Assembly: GCF_030684315.1 (NCBI RefSeq)
Contig: NC_081365.1
Location: forward strand, 39,027,830-39,091,829
Direction of reading: 5' to 3'
Origin: Stegostoma tigrinum
Taxonomy: Eukaryota
Length of the DNA stretch: 64,000 nt
The notes beneath the pieces were generated by a model, which made no database searches, was not told the DNA's origin, and saw only the letters and a list, made by a program, of their open reading frames with translations. Below are positions 1 to 13,402 of the stretch, piece after piece. Position numbers and translations under genes: made by a program. Positions within the stretch are counted from its first letter, which is position 1. Every line of letters begins with the position of its first letter.

Positions 1-94
1 TACTTAATAAATTAAACTCCATCGGCCACTCCCGGGCCTATTCGCCCAACTGATCAAGGCCATCATCCATGATTAACTAAAGATGGTGAAGTGA

Positions 95-2010
95 GCATCA
101 CACTTAAAGAAAAAGCATATAATTGTGCAAAGGTAAGTGGCAGATCAGAAAATTATACAGAATACAATAAAGTAGCAAAGAATGACTAAAATTAATAAGG
201 GAAACATTAACAGTTTGAGAGAGCTAGCTAGAAGTATTAAGTCAGATGTTGAGAGTTTCTTTAGATGTTTAATAATGAAAGAGTTGAGTGCTGGTCCAAT
301 AGAAAGTGAGACTGGAGAATTAACAAGACTTTTCTACGAAGGATAAAAGTCAAAACACAGAATTGGCAGTAAATCAGAATATGGAAGAAAGGAACACAAA
401 AAAATTACAATTTATCTTGGAGGTAGTACCAAGCAAATCTTTGGAGTTGTAGGCTCACAGTCCCTGGGTCTTGATAGACATAATTCTGGAGTCTTAAAAG
501 AAGTAAGATGTGAGTTAGTTGACATATTGGTTTTAATTATGCAATCTTCTCAAGATTCAGGGAAGGTACTGTTAGATTTGAACATAGTAAATGTAACACC
601 TTTTTTCACAAACAGACGGAGTCAAAAATTAAGAAACTATAGTTAGCCTACATCTGCCATAGAGAAAATGGTAGAAGCTACTATTAATGACACTATAGCA
701 AAGCACTAGAGGCGATTAAACAGAGTCAACATCAGACTGTGCAAGGAAATTATGTTTAACTAATTTATTTGAAGTATTTTTAAGACTTTACATCTGCTGT
801 GTGCAAAGGTGAATTGTTCAAAGTACTGTATTTAGATTTTGGGAGGATATTTTGTAAGGTCGCATCTCTAAGATTGTTTTGGAAAATAAAGTTTATAGTG
901 TGAGGGGTAACATAAAAGGTGTGGATAGAAGATTGATTAGCTAACATGAACCATACAGTAGTCATAAATAGATTTTTTTGTGTAAGCTGTAATGAGCGGT
1001 ATACGACAGAGGCCATTGCCTGAACCTTAACTGTTTACAATTTGTTTTACTGATTTGGACGATGGTGTGGTTACATTTCATAATGACCCAAAAGATGTTT
1101 GGAAAGTGAGTTTTTAGGTGAAATTAATTAGGTTACAAAGAGATATATAGAAAGTGGGTAATAATTCGGCAAAGTATAATGTGGGAAAATGTGAAATTGT
1201 CCATCTTCGCAGGAATAATAAAGATGGATCTGATATAGAATCATACTGGGTCCAAAGTGTTAACTCTTTTTTTTCTCCATAGATGCAGCCAGACCTGCTG
1301 AGTTTCTCAAGCACTGTTTTGCTGTTTATATTAAAACTGGATATTGTCTAACTAATGAGAAATTTCAAAGCTCTGAGATAAAAAGTGTTTTGAGTGTCCT
1401 AGAACATTAGTATGCTCTATGTAATTAAAAAAACAAACACTGTTATTGTTTATTGTAAGGGGAATTGAATGCAAATTTAGGTGGCTATGCTTCAGTTATA
1501 TAGGGTATTGGTGAAACCGCATTGCAGTACAGTGTACAGTATTAATCTCCTTATTTAAGGATGGACGTAAATGCGTTGAAAGAATTCGGACATTAAATGA
1601 ACTCATCCTGAAATGGGCAGGTTGCTTTCAATTAGAGGTTCAATAGATGAAATTTATATTCTCTGGAATTTAGAAGCATAAGATGTGATGTTCTTGAAAC
1701 ATTGGTCCTGATAGGATGGATGTGGAAAAGATGTTCCTTCTTGTGGCAGAATCCACAACCGGGGGCCATTGTTTCAAAATAAGGAGTCACTCTTTTAGAG
1801 GCAGAGATTAAGAAAAATACTTTCTCACAAAGGGTCATGAGTCTTTGCAATTCTCCTCATCAGCAGATGGTGGAAGTAGATTCTTTGAATGTTTTAAATG
1901 CAGATATAACTAAATTCTTGAAAGGCAAGGGAATGAAAAGTTATCAGTGTAGGTATGCTGGCAGAGTAATCAGATCGGCCATAATCTTATTGAATGGCAG
2001 AAGAGGCTCT
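95..2010 (+). mobile_element. Heavily degraded CR1/HER1-type LINE (RT region and 3' end)
   Basis: Decayed CR1 ORF2 motifs (SPGPD-like at ~460, NVTP-FK at ~590, YLDF-K at ~825) and a 3' tail resembling other CR1 tails in the window. No long ORF remains; boundaries approximate. Confidence 0.65.
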
Positions 2011-3144
2011 CAGTATCCAGGTCCCTACAACTGAAATGTATCTTCATATAATGGTACTACTTCCAAGTCAAAGGTCACCAGGTCCCATCAACCAATAATT
2101 TCTATTGATCAAGAAAATTACATTTGATCACTTTACAATTGATACAAACTCTTTAAATTTCTTTCAAACATTGTGCACTACCATTACGGATTCCCCAGAA
2201 CTTTCAAAATTACAAATCTTACTTGCTTCTGGACCAAAGATGTGATACAATTCTCTGCATTTTGGGTGCTTTTTATAGTTGGTTAAAGTTTCATTTGTCA
2301 ATAAGGAGTGATATGATAAACTATGAAGTATTATTATTCCTGTTTCCTGGTTTCTGCCAAATCCAGTTTCTCACAAACCTAGGAAAAGGAACAGAGGCCA
2401 TGCAGAGCTCAAGTGGTTGAAGAGGGAAGAGCAGGAAAAGAAAATGGCTCTTAGAAGGAGGCTATAACTTCTAGGGATTTTTATAAGTACAAGCATGGCT
2501 TCCAAGATCCATTCAGATTTCAAATTTTCCAAGATTTCGGGTTATGCTTCGAAATGTCCTACAAGATGAAGCTGGTTGTCTGTAAAAGGATGTGCTTCTA
2601 TTTTGATGACCATTCATGTAAACTCGTATAAAGCAAATTTAATTAGTTGAGGCTCTGGGGAGTTCCTACATTGCCAGAATGAAGTGCAATACTCTGCTGT
2701 ATTGCCAACTTAAGGTTTCACTTGTTACTATCTAGTTTATGCTGCAAAGATTCCCTGTGGCTGTTTGAAAGCAGTCTGGCCTATAGAAAGCTAATGACCG
2801 TGATGACCTTCACAATTATTGTTCTGGTGCACCCATAAAAGTGGACAGTTATTGAATGGACAGTAAATGTTATGAGTGGCTTCCGGTGACTCTGGTTTTA
2901 GGTCCATTACAGTTTTTTAAACAGAATGAGTTGTGGTATTATACCTGTATTTTATCTGCCTGAAATTCATGACCAAGATTTGAGATATTTGCAGTTCACT
3001 AAAGAGATTTTCACCGAAATCTGCCAACAGTTGCAGCCACAAAATGTTCAGAGCAGGGCAGAGACTGAATTGTAACTGTTCTGGTTGAGTAGCGAGCAGT
3101 GTGTGTAAGCAATGAACTATGTGTTTGCGATGTACTATATGGAT

Positions 3145-3443
3145 GGTACGGTGGCTCAGTGGTTAGCATTGCTGCCTCACAGCAACAGGGACCCAGGTTC
3201 AACTCTACCATTAGGTGACTGTCTGTTTGCTCTGGTTTCCTTCCTCCAGTCCAAAGATGTGCAGATTAGGTGGATTGAGCATGCTAAAGTTGCCCATCAT
3301 ATCCAGGGGTGTGTGGATTAGACATGGAAAATGCAGGGGGACAGGGGATGGGTCAGGGTGGGATGGTCTTTGGAGGGGCAATGTGGACTTGTTGGGATGA
3401 ATGGCTGTTTCCACACTGTAGGCACCCCATGATTTTATTCTAT
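3145..3443 (+). mobile_element. HE1-like tRNA-derived SINE
   Basis: Pol III A box TGGCTCAGTGG (3152-3162), B box GGTTCAACTC (3196-3205), CAGTCCAAAGATGTGCAG core and a LINE-like 3' tail ending TTCTATG. Confidence 0.8.
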
Positions 3444-4204
3444 GTGAGGGTGGGGTGAAACATGTAAATATGAACTATTAAGTCGGCAATGGGGGCATGG
3501 AATTTTGTATCAGAATAAAGTCACTGATCTTGAACACATTTCTTAAATCATTAAATGCTTTTTAGCACAGCATCAAGGGTCTTGGGATTGACTCCTGCTA
3601 TTGACCGCCGTGTCTATCAATTCCAAGTGCCTTCTCAGCTAGTGTCTGGAAGTCCTCCTGATGCTCTGGGAGCACAGGGAAGCTCAGTGATGCTTCAGAA
3701 AACCAGGATGCCCATTTCTTTCCTTCGTCTGCAATTTCTTTTCCCTTAGTTCATAATTTGATACAACATCCACTCCTGTTCAAGTCACAATGCACATCCC
3801 CTTTAAGTCATTAATGATAATTTGGCCTCTCAATCAACAGTGCAGTAAGTGCTGGCTGCATACTCAATCTTTGATGTTGGCATGCTGCCTACATTTTGAC
3901 TCAATGGACACCGTGATTCCATCAACCAAACCCATGCTTTGGGATGAAACTGAAGATTACAAGGAAGCTTTCAAATTGCGAAAAGTGATGTATCAGTTTC
4001 CATTTTGTCAATTCCTCATTTTAGATGAAAGCAATTTAAGTCAGTGGGAAAAATGGCAAATCACACATTTTTCGCAAATAATTGATGAATCCGTTCGATG
4101 ATACGAGCTGATCAGAAACTTACTAATTCAAAATATTTTGAAATAGGATTGCACACCATCATAAATGTTGTATGAGGGGACGTGAGAGGAAATTTTGTCA
4201 GCAC

Positions 4205-5260
4205 TTATTATTTTTCTACTCGCTCAAGGCACGTGGCCTTGCTGGCCGACCAGCATTTATTGCCCATCCCAAGTTGCCCACAAGTTGGGGGTAGTGAGTT
4301 GCCTTCTTGAACTGCTGCCGGCCACCGAATGCACCTATAATGATCAGAGATAAAGGGAACTGCAGATGCTGGAGAATCCGAGATAACAAAGTGTGGAGCT
4401 AGGTGAACACAGCAGGCTGAGCAGCAACCCAATTCTGATGGAGGCTCGAAACGTCAGCTTTTGTGCACCCATAATGATTCCTGGATTTCGGCCCATTGAC
4501 ACTGAAGGAATGGTGGAACATTTCCAAGTTAGAGTGGACATGGCTTAGGAGGCAATTTGCAATTGGTAGTATTCCCATGCGTGTGCCTCCCTTGCCCTTT
4601 CAGGTGGTTGGGTTGTGGGTATGGAAGGTACTGCTTAGGGAGTCTTGGTGAATTTCTGAAGTACATCTTGTAGATGGTACACTGCTACTGGGCGTCGGTG
4701 GTGAAGGAAGTGAATGTTTGAGGATTTGGTGTGAATTAAGCAGGCGGCTTTGTTCTGGGTAACATCAAATCTTGAGTGTTGTTGGAGCGCTGTTATCCAG
4801 ACAAGTGGAAAATAAGCCATATTTTCCTGACTTGTGTGTTGTAGGCTGCTTGCAGGCTTTGGGAGTCAGAAAGTGAGTTACCTGCTGCGAGATTCTCAGT
4901 TTGTGATCCACTGTTAGAGTCATATAAGTCTACAACAAAATAAAAAGCCCTTCAGCCCATTGAGTCTGCGCCAGTCAAAAACGTCCATCTATTCTTTCAG
5001 CACTTGGCCTGTAGCCTTGTTTGTCTTGGTGTCACAAGTGTAGTATATAGCCTTAGCATTTATAATGCAGTTCAGTTTTTGGTCAATGGGAATTCTACAG
5101 TGTTGACTGTGGGAGAATTTGCAACAGTAATGCCATTGAGAATTAGTGATAGTAATGCCATTGAATGTCAAAGGATGATAATTAGATTCTCTGTTGTTAG
5201 ACATGGTCCTTTCCTGGCATTTGAGAAGCCTCGTGTCCTGTTTCCTTGCACCTGAAACAA
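4205..5260 (-). mobile_element. Degraded L2/CR1-clade LINE 3' portion, interrupted by a PLE terminus (4342-4465)
   Basis: The 3'-end motif CAGCATTTATTGCCCATCCC recurs at ~33110 and ~56420. A GAACTGCAGATGCTGG PLE terminus is inserted at ~4357. Confidence 0.5.
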
Positions 5261-6172
5261 GTGCATTTCTGGCACACCGTGCCAAAGAATATCTGACTTA
5301 AAATAAAGGGCAGTTTTGTTTGAAAGAATTGAACTAAATGATACGGGTTTGCACATTTATCACCTAACATTCAACACCGTTTTAACAAACCATCTCTCTT
5401 GTTTTACCCAAGACATTATCCTACTGTGCCAGTTCACACCAAGAGGTGGGCATTTTCATGTTTGAGAAATTCATGGAGGAAATTGAACAGCAGTTTCCCA
5501 CATGTTGTATGACTCTAACTGCAATAACTTGCCCAGTACTTTTTGTTCTTCAAAATGTTGGATATTGCTGTTTTAAATTTGAAAAACATTGTACACTTTT
5601 AGGGCTCCTTAGAGGAATGTTTACTTATAAAGTTTTCGCAATCATTTATGGTTTGCCAAGTTCATGTTTTTATTTTCTCATGCATGGCATTTTGAGAAAT
5701 AACCTGTGTTACTTAGCAAGCCCCAGTTAGACAAATTCTGGTCAAACCTCATCTGAGAGAGAAGTAGTCAGTCTGGTTTTGACTTACCGAATTTACATTT
5801 CAACAAATTACTCTGAACTGAGTTGCACTTGTTGATTGATATTAATGTCAAGTTAGTTACCTTTAGCATGTTCTCATTTTCAAAAAGCTGCTAAGTGCAT
5901 TTGCAAAGTTCCCATTGAGCTTGGTGTCTAGTTTTTGAATTGAGATGCTGGAGTAACCTTACCTTGCAGAGTTAGTCAAGCGTCAGAATTTGGTGGACGG
6001 CCATCTGATTTTCCCTAATCAATCTCTCAAGGAAGTTTTGACCCAGTTATTTTCTCTTTGAACATTCCATAAATGTTTTATGGAAAATTAAAAATTTGAA
6101 GGTACCAAGGACAGGTATTTCAAGCATATAACAAGATTAGATTTAATGTTGTCAATATGGATCTCTTGATAG

Positions 6173-6334
6173 AGCAAAAAATGTCTCCAGCAGGTTCAGG
6201 AAAGCCTCAATATGAATGACTGCTCTGTAGAAGATCTTGGGCTGGACACACTACCTGGATATGCCAGTGTTGAATTGGAAAATGGAGGCAAGGATACAAC
6301 AGTCACCATACACAACTAGGAAGAATATCTCAGG
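6173..6334 (+). pseudogene. TRIP12: Orphan exon of TRIP12 (HECT E3 ligase), pseudogenised
   Basis: Acceptor AG at 6171-6172 and donor GTATGT at 6335. The 162 nt translate to [53 protein letters not shown], matching the recalled TRIP12 segment [55 protein letters not shown]. One codon is deleted and there is a TAG at 6317-6319. Confidence 0.85.
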
Positions 6335-6454
6335 GTATGTGCAATGATTTTCATTTTATGTAGATAACAAATAAAACCAGCGAATAAACTTGGATCATAA
6401 CAGGCCATGACAGCAATGTTCCACAGAGATGGGTGTTGGGTCCACTTTGGTCTG

Positions 6455-9400
6455 AGGAACAGATTGGGAGCTGGATTTTGGAAAGGAGCAGAAGTAATAG
6501 GGTTGTTGTTATGGGTGACTTCAACTTCCCTAATATCGATTGTAGTTTCCAAGTGCAAATAGTTTGGATGGGGCAAGTTTTTGTCAGGTCAGTCCAGGAA
6601 GGATTTCTGACCCAATACGTAGATAGGCCGACTAGAGGGGAGGCCATATTGGATTTGGTGCTTGGCAACAAAACAGGCCGGGTGTCAGGTCTCTCGATGT
6701 TAGATCATGACAGTGATAGTGATCACAACTCCCTGACTTTTACTATAGTCATGGAGAGGGATAGGAGCAGACGGTATGGGAAAGTATTTAATTGGGGAGG
6801 GGGAATTATCATGCTATTAGGCAAGAACTACACTCCATAGATTGGGAACAGATGTTCTCAGGGAAATGCACAACGGAAATGTGGAGGTTGTTCAGGGAGC
6901 AGTTGCTATGAGTGCTGGATAGGTTTGTCCCATTGAGGCAAGGAAAGGACGGTAAGGTGTAAGAGCCTTGGATGACAAGACATGTGGAACAACTTGTCAA
7001 AATGAAGAAGGAAGCTTACTTAAGGTTGAGGAAGCAAGGATCAGACAGGGCTCCCAAGGTAGCCAGGAAGGAAATGAAGAATGGGCTTAGGAGAGCTAGA
7101 AGGGGGTATGAAAAAACCTTGGAAGGTAGGATTAAGGAAAACCCCACGGCATTCCATGCTAATGTGAGGAACAAGAGGATGGCTCGAGTGGGGGTAGAGC
7201 CAATCAGCGATGTAGGGGGTCTTTTCAAACTCTGAAAGACACACCACGAGGACGGGAGTATTGCTTCAGCAGAAGAACTTCTTTATTCACGCTTGCAATT
7301 GATTACAGCGTGGAGAGCTCCAAGGCACAGTCACACAGGATGGTCAGGGAGAGTCTGAACATGTTGGACAATCCCTGACATTTTATGGCTTTACAAAGCA
7401 TGAGTAATTTCTAACTATGTCATCTCTGGTCATGAATCTGTCTCTATCTTTGTTCCCCATCTGTCTGTTTTTCTGACCCTTGATCATGATATGGCCTAAT
7501 GTTATTATACTATCAGGTTAACATAGATGAAGATCTACCTCCTTCGCTAATCATGTCAATGTTCCTATTTTGTTTGCTAACAAGGGCATTGTTTTCATGC
7601 AAGATAGAGTACTGTCATGTGCTTGTGGATATCAACTTCCCTGTTATTTTGTTACACTTGTATAACGATCTTGTTGCTACGTCAGCACAGGTGGATGTGT
7701 TATCTTGGTCCCATGGTTTGTAATTTATTTAACAAAATGCTGATGAGTTCATTTGGGCCTGTTTAGCTGTCTTCCTTCTTATTCATTTCAATGGTGTCTC
7801 TATCCCTTCCCTTCTCCCCCAGGTGTGGCGTAAGTTACATACGGGTTTGTGCATAATACCATGAAGCCTCAGAGTTAGATGATGGTGTTGGAGTCAGAGG
7901 AGGTCCTTAAGGAATACATTGTTTCAGTATTCACTAGTTGGAGGGATCTTGATGTTTGTAAGAACAGCATGAAACAGGCTGATATGCTCAAACAGGTTGA
8001 TGTTAAGAAGGAGGACATGCTAGAAGTTTTGTAAAACATGAGAATAGATAAGTCCCCTGGGCCAAATGGGATATATCCAAGGTTGCTACAGGATGTGAGG
8101 GAAGAGATTGCTGTGCCTTTGGCGATGTTCTTTGCATCCTCACTGTCTTCTGGAGTGATACCAGATGATTGGAGGATGGCAAATGTTATTCCATTGTTCA
8201 GGAAAGGCAATAGGGATAATCCTGGGAATTACAGAGCAGTCAGTGTTACTTCTGCGGTAGGCAAATTATTGGAGACGATTCTGAGAGATAGTATTTATGA
8301 TTATTTGGAAAAGCAGTTTGATTAGAAATAGTCAGCATGTCTTTGTGAGAGGCAAATATGCCTCACAGGCCTTATTGAATTCTTTGAATATGTGCCAAAA
8401 CACATTGATGAAGGCAGAGCAGTGGATGTAGTGTATATGGATTTTAGCGAAGCATTTGATAATGTTCTGCATGGTGAGCTCATTCAGAAAGTAAGGAGGC
8501 ATCGGATTCAGAGAAACTTGGCTGTCTGGATATAGAATTGGCTGTCCAATGGAAGACAGAGGGTGATAGTAGATTAAAAGTATTCAGCTTAGAGTCGATG
8601 ACCAGTGGTATGCTGCAGGGATCTGTTCTGGAATCTCTGCTCTTTGTGATCTTTATAAATGACTTGGATGCATAAGGAGACATGTGAGTTAGTAAGTTTG
8701 CTAATGACACAAAGGTTGGTGGAGTTATGGATAGTATGGAGGGCTGTTGTAGGTTGCAATGGGACATTGACAGGATGTAGAACTGGGCAAAGAAGTGGCA
8801 GATGGAATTCAACCCAGAAAAGTGTGAAATGATTCATTTTGGAAGGTCAAATTTGAATGCAGAATACAGGGTTAATGGCAGAATTCTTGGCAGTGTAGAG
8901 GAATATAGGAATCTTGGGGTGCACATCCACAGATCCCTCAAAGTTGCTACCCAAGTTGATAGGGTTGTTAAGAAGGCGTATGGTGTGTTGGCTTTCATTG
9001 GCAGGGGAATTGAGTTTAAGAGCTGTGAGGTTATGCAGCAGCTCTATAAAATCTGGTTAGACAACACTTGGAATATTGTGTTCAGTTCTGTTCACCTTAT
9101 TATAGGAAGGATGTGGAAACTTTCAAGAGGGTGCAGAGGAGATTTACCAGGATGCTGCCTGGACTGGAGGGCAGCTCTTATGAGGAAAGGTTGAGGGAGT
9201 TACAGCTCTTCTCATTGGAGTGAAGAAGGATGAGAGTTAACTTGATAGAGGTGTACAAGATAATGAGAGACATTGGTAGAGTGGATAGCCAGAGACCTTT
9301 ACCCAGGGCGGAAATGACTATTAGGAGGGGACATAATTTTAAGGTGATTGGAGGAAGGTATCGGGGAGTTGTCAGAGGTAGGTTCTTTGCTCAGAGAGTG

Positions 9401-9600
9401 GTGTGTGTGGAATACACTGCCAGCAGTGGTAGTGGAGTCAGATACATTAGGGACATTTAAGTGACCCTTGGATAGGCACATGAATAATAGTAAAATGTAG
9501 GGTATACAGGGTAGTTTGATCTTAGAATAGGATAATAGGTTGGCACAACATTGTGGGCCGAAGGGCCTGTACTGTGTTGTACTGTTCTATGTTCTATAGA
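6455..9600 (+). mobile_element. CR1/HER1-type LINE ORF2 (APE endonuclease + RT), fragmented
   Basis: ORF pieces with VVVMGDFNFPNID, ILDLVL, SDHN, KSPGPNGIYPRLL, NYRAVS, WQMEFNPEKCE. The 3' tail GGGCCTGTACTGTG...TTCTATGTTCTAT is at ~9563-9597. Confidence 0.9.
7211..7875. mobile_element. LTR-like insertion interrupting the CR1
   Basis: CR1 homology stops at ~7210 and resumes at ~7885. The insert starts with TG and carries TTTATT. No TSD identified. Confidence 0.4.
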
Positions 9601-10389
9601 TAAGGTGAATGGCAGGTGTTTCTCCCCAGGATGCAGGGCTTTTAAGACTAGGGGGCATATTTTTAAGGTATGAGAAGAAAGATTTTAAAAAAAGATGAGG
9701 AGCAACTTCTGTTACACCAAAAGTGCTTCTTGTGGGGAATGAACTTCAGAGAAAGTAGTGGATGTGGATACAGTTACATTACTTAAAAGACATTTAGATA
9801 AGTACATGAATAGGAAAGGTCTGAAGGGTTAATGGCCAAGCGCAGGCACGTGGGACAAGTTTAGTTCGAGATTATGATCTGCACAGACTTGTTGGACCGA
9901 AGGATCTGTTTCCAGGCTGTATGACTTTGTATTCACTAAAGTGTTAAGACAAGTTAATGTCTGCACCATCCAACACAATTACCTTCTCATTGCCAGCCAA
10001 TTCCGTTCTCATCTCAACTGTTAAAGTTGACTTACCAGGTGAATCTCAAATACTAGCACAGGGAATTAGAATGTTTCCAGGAAACTGAGAGGTGAGTAAA
10101 TAACAGCATAAATGAGAACGCAGCAAGAAACAATTGATACAAAAGATCCTGAAGAAGAAAACCACAAATTCAACTAATATTTGAACTTTATTTCATTTCA
10201 AGCAAAATGCAGTTTGATTCATAAAAATATAATCACAAAGGTTAAAAAAAAAGCAAACCACATCCAAATAATCTGACACGAAGTTAAAATGCAGAGTCTT
10301 ATATGAAAGGAACATGAAGTAGGGAATGTCGCTCTTGAGGTCAGTGTACTCCAAATGAATTCTGTCACAAAAAGTGCTGCTCCAGTTCC

Positions 10390-10860
10390 TGGCCTATTCC
10401 ACCCCTACCTTATACGATCATCCATACGCCTATCTAATAGTCGCTTAAATGCCCCTAATGAGACTGACTCCACTACCCTCTCCGGCAATGCATTCCATGC
10501 TCCTACCACTCTCTGAGCAAAGAAACTACCTCTTGACATCTCCCCGATATCCACCCCACCCCCACTCGCTTTAAAACTATGCCCCTCGTAATAGCTACCT
10601 CCACCCTAGGAAAAAGTCTCTGGTTATCCACTCTATCCATACCTCTGATCATTTTGTACACCTCTATCAAGTCACCTCCCATCCTTCGTCATTCTAAAGA
10701 AAAAAGCCCTAGCTCTCTCAGCCTTATCTCATAAGACCTTCCCTCCATTCCAGGCAACATCCTGATAAATCTCCTTTGCACCTTTTTGAACGCTTCCACA
10801 TCTTTCCTGTAGTGAAGTGACCAGAACCGAACACAATACTCCAGATGTGGCCAAAACATA
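10390..10860 (-). mobile_element. CR1 3' fragment
   Basis: ORF 10689-11018 contains PHLEYCVRFWSLHYRKDVEAFKKVQRRFIRMLPGMEG. Confidence 0.85.
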
Positions 10861-10999
10861 CATGAACAAAAATGAAATTGTTCTGCCCGATGATAATATT
10901 CTGTCCATATTATAGTTTTGACTTGGCTTATCGATACAATTACCAACAAGTACAATAAAAACTTGAAACATTCCCAAGAAAAGATCCAACACCCCTCCC

Positions 11000-11232
11000 T
11001 ATCCCCATAATCCCACATTTACCATGGCTAACCTACTGAACCTGCATAGCCCTAAACACTACAGTGCAATTTAATATAGCAAATTCACTCCAGCTGAATA
11101 TCTTTGGATTGCGGGATGAAATCAGAGCACTCAGCAGAAATCCATACAGACGCAGGGAAAATGTGCAAACTCCACAAAACCAAAACCAGGTCCCGGACGC
11201 TGTGAAGCAGGAGGGCTAACCACAGCGCCACC
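11000..11232 (-). mobile_element. HE1-like SINE (reverse strand)
   Basis: Reverse complement resembles the 3145 SINE, with a tRNA-like head GGTGGCGCTGTGGTTAGC at 11215-11232. Confidence 0.65.
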
Positions 11233-11324
11233 TAATTTTGTTCTTTGCCTAATTCACTACTGGCAGCATTTCTAAACTGCTGCTTCTTGGCAAATACAAT
11301 AAACTATCAGAAAATTGCTGAAAA

Positions 11325-12110
11325 TTGCATTGGAAGTAGTTCAGAGAAGGTTCACTAGATCAGTTCCAGAGATGAAAGGCTTGTCCTACAAGGAAAGATG
11401 GAGCAGTTTAGGCTATACCTGCTAGAGTTCAGAAGGACGAAAGGAGAACTGGTCGAGGCGTATAAGATGCAAAAGGGGTTTGATAAAATAGAGGCTGAGT
11501 GCATGTTTCCCATGCGAGAACAATCTAGAACAAAAGGTCATCACTTTAGGTTAAGGGGTGGCAGATTTAGAATAAAGGTGAGGAGGAATTACTTCAGTCA
11601 AAGGAACTCATTACGTGAGAGCATACATACGGATATACATGGGAACATATAGAGGAATTAAGAGCAGCAGAAAGTAATTCAGCCTTTTGAGTCCACTTCA
11701 CCATTTAATGTGGTTGTGGCTGATCCTATCCTGGTCTCAGTTCCACTTTCCTGTCTGCTCCCCATAGCCCTTTATTAGGTTTTTCATCAAAAATATCAAT
11801 CTCTTTCTTCAATCTGTTGATTGGTTCAGTTTCCACTGCACTCTGGGGCAGTCACTTCCGCAGATTCACAACCATCTGAGAGAAATCTGTTTCTCCTCAT
11901 CTCAGCTTTACTCCAGCGTGCAGTGGATGTCAGGACACCGAATAAATGGAAGGAGCAGACAGACCGATTTTAAATTAGTAATGGGTTAAAGGATTACGGG
12001 AAGTAGGCAAAAAGGTTAAGACTGAGATGAGATCAGCAATGATCATATTAAATGGCTGAGCAGGCTCAAAGGGATGAATTGCATATTCCTGCTCCTAGTT
12101 CTTATGTTTT
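11325..12110. mobile_element. Nested CR1 3' fragments in both orientations
   Basis: ORF 11398-11652 (LEFRRTKGELVEAYKM...SRTKGHHFRL) plus an antisense CR1 tail. Confidence 0.65.
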
Positions 12111-12249
12111 TTGTTTATATTAGGTAATTGTGTCCACTGCGAACTAGTGCTGCACATCTTGTGTCTGAAAAGCTTTGCAATCCATATAAGAAGAGAAGAA
12201 TTGTTCAGAGAAAGTATTTGAAGACCTCAATGGTAACATCACTTTTGAC

Positions 12250-12302
12250 TTATAAATCGAGAGAAGGTTCTCCATCATCCAAACGAATCATGGAATTCCC
12301 AT
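12250..12302 (-). CDS. B7/butyrophilin-like gene exon 5 (predicted terminal coding exon, DGNSMIRLDDGEPSLDL*)
   Basis: Pyrimidine tract and acceptor TTTCCTTTTCTTTCAG ending at 12303. Phase 1 is compatible with the IgC exon, and TAA lies at 12252-12250. The acceptor is also present in the duplicate at ~37289. Confidence 0.6.
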
Positions 12303-13114
12303 CTGAAAGAAAAGGAAATGTAAAGATATCACTATTGTTACTGCTCACCATTTCTTACAAGGTGTTGATGTGTAAAACCAGTCCTGCCATGGAGAAGTTC
12401 CACATTGTCAAGGACAACTGAAGACATCTTTAGACTGGGGAGAGCATTTCAAAGTTATCCATGATAGTTTAGGCCTGGCACTCAGCCAGCTCAAAAAAAA
12501 ATGAAGGTAAGAGAGGGAATAATGACTTCTAACCCTCAATCTGGAGAAGATGATGAGATTCCTGATACCTCAGCAAAGACACAGGGCAACGAGTGAAGAC
12601 AGAAGAAGACTGCTATTAACAAACAGATGAGACTATCACTTCCAGCCATGGAGCTCAGCTTCGTCTATCTCATTGTCTATATGTAGTCAGTGTTCAGATC
12701 TGAGCGAAGTTTCCCCATCAGCCATGGAGATTAATATTGCTATACTTCCTCCATCTGGTATTGACATCTGACACCAGTCAACCATTGTCACTTGTTGTGT
12801 GTTGTGTATCTTTTTCTACATACTTAGGTTGTGTAAAACATCAAAAGTATTGCTTCTTAAGAAATTTAAATTAACTACCTTAAAATTTCTTATGCATTCT
12901 TAATGGCTTACATTGTGACTTCCAAACTCTAAATCCTACAAAACTCAATACATTTAAAGGAGAAGCAAATTTAGAATTGTTCTAACACAGCTTTTAAGGA
13001 TGTGTTATTGATGTGCTTTTCCTCTGCATAACAAAGATATTTATTTTACACAATTTTTGTAACAGTTTGTTAAGTTAAATATAGTATCAACAATGATCTC
13101 GGAAATAGACTCAC

Positions 13115-13402
13115 CTGTGAATGCGACTCGAGCACGCTGAGGTTTACCCATGTACTTGTGCCATACAGAGCAGATATACTGATTTTTGGAGTCATGGTTT
13201 TGTTTCAGATAATGGTCCACAGAATATAATCCATTTTTGTCTCTGGTCAAATTTGTTTCACTAACTTCATTCAAATTTTTCCCATGTTTGTCTTCCCATT
13301 TAATCTCTGGTGCAGGGTATAAGCCCGAAGATTGGCAAGTCAGCACATCACCATTATCCCCATTTGATTTCCAGACGATACCAACATTTCCAGAACCTCT
13401 TG
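13115..13402 (-). CDS. B7/butyrophilin-like gene exon 4, IgC domain
   Basis: TTTTCTTAG acceptor, GTGAGT donor, 288 nt, phase 1-1. Peptide LTCQSSGLYPAPEIKW...GLYSV...YICSVWH is typical of the B7/BTN membrane-proximal Ig domain. Confidence 0.9.

Noticed and set aside
3145-3210. tRNA genes (also ~46065, ~49045, ~52418)
   Set aside because: A and B boxes are followed by SINE bodies with no complete cloverleaf, so these are SINE heads.
12535-12649. Minus-strand MAGSDSLICLLIAVFFCLHSLPCVFAE, resembling a signal or TM peptide between exons 4 and 5
   Set aside because: No in-phase acceptor was found, the donor is weak, and the frame is not preserved in the duplicate at ~37500-37580.
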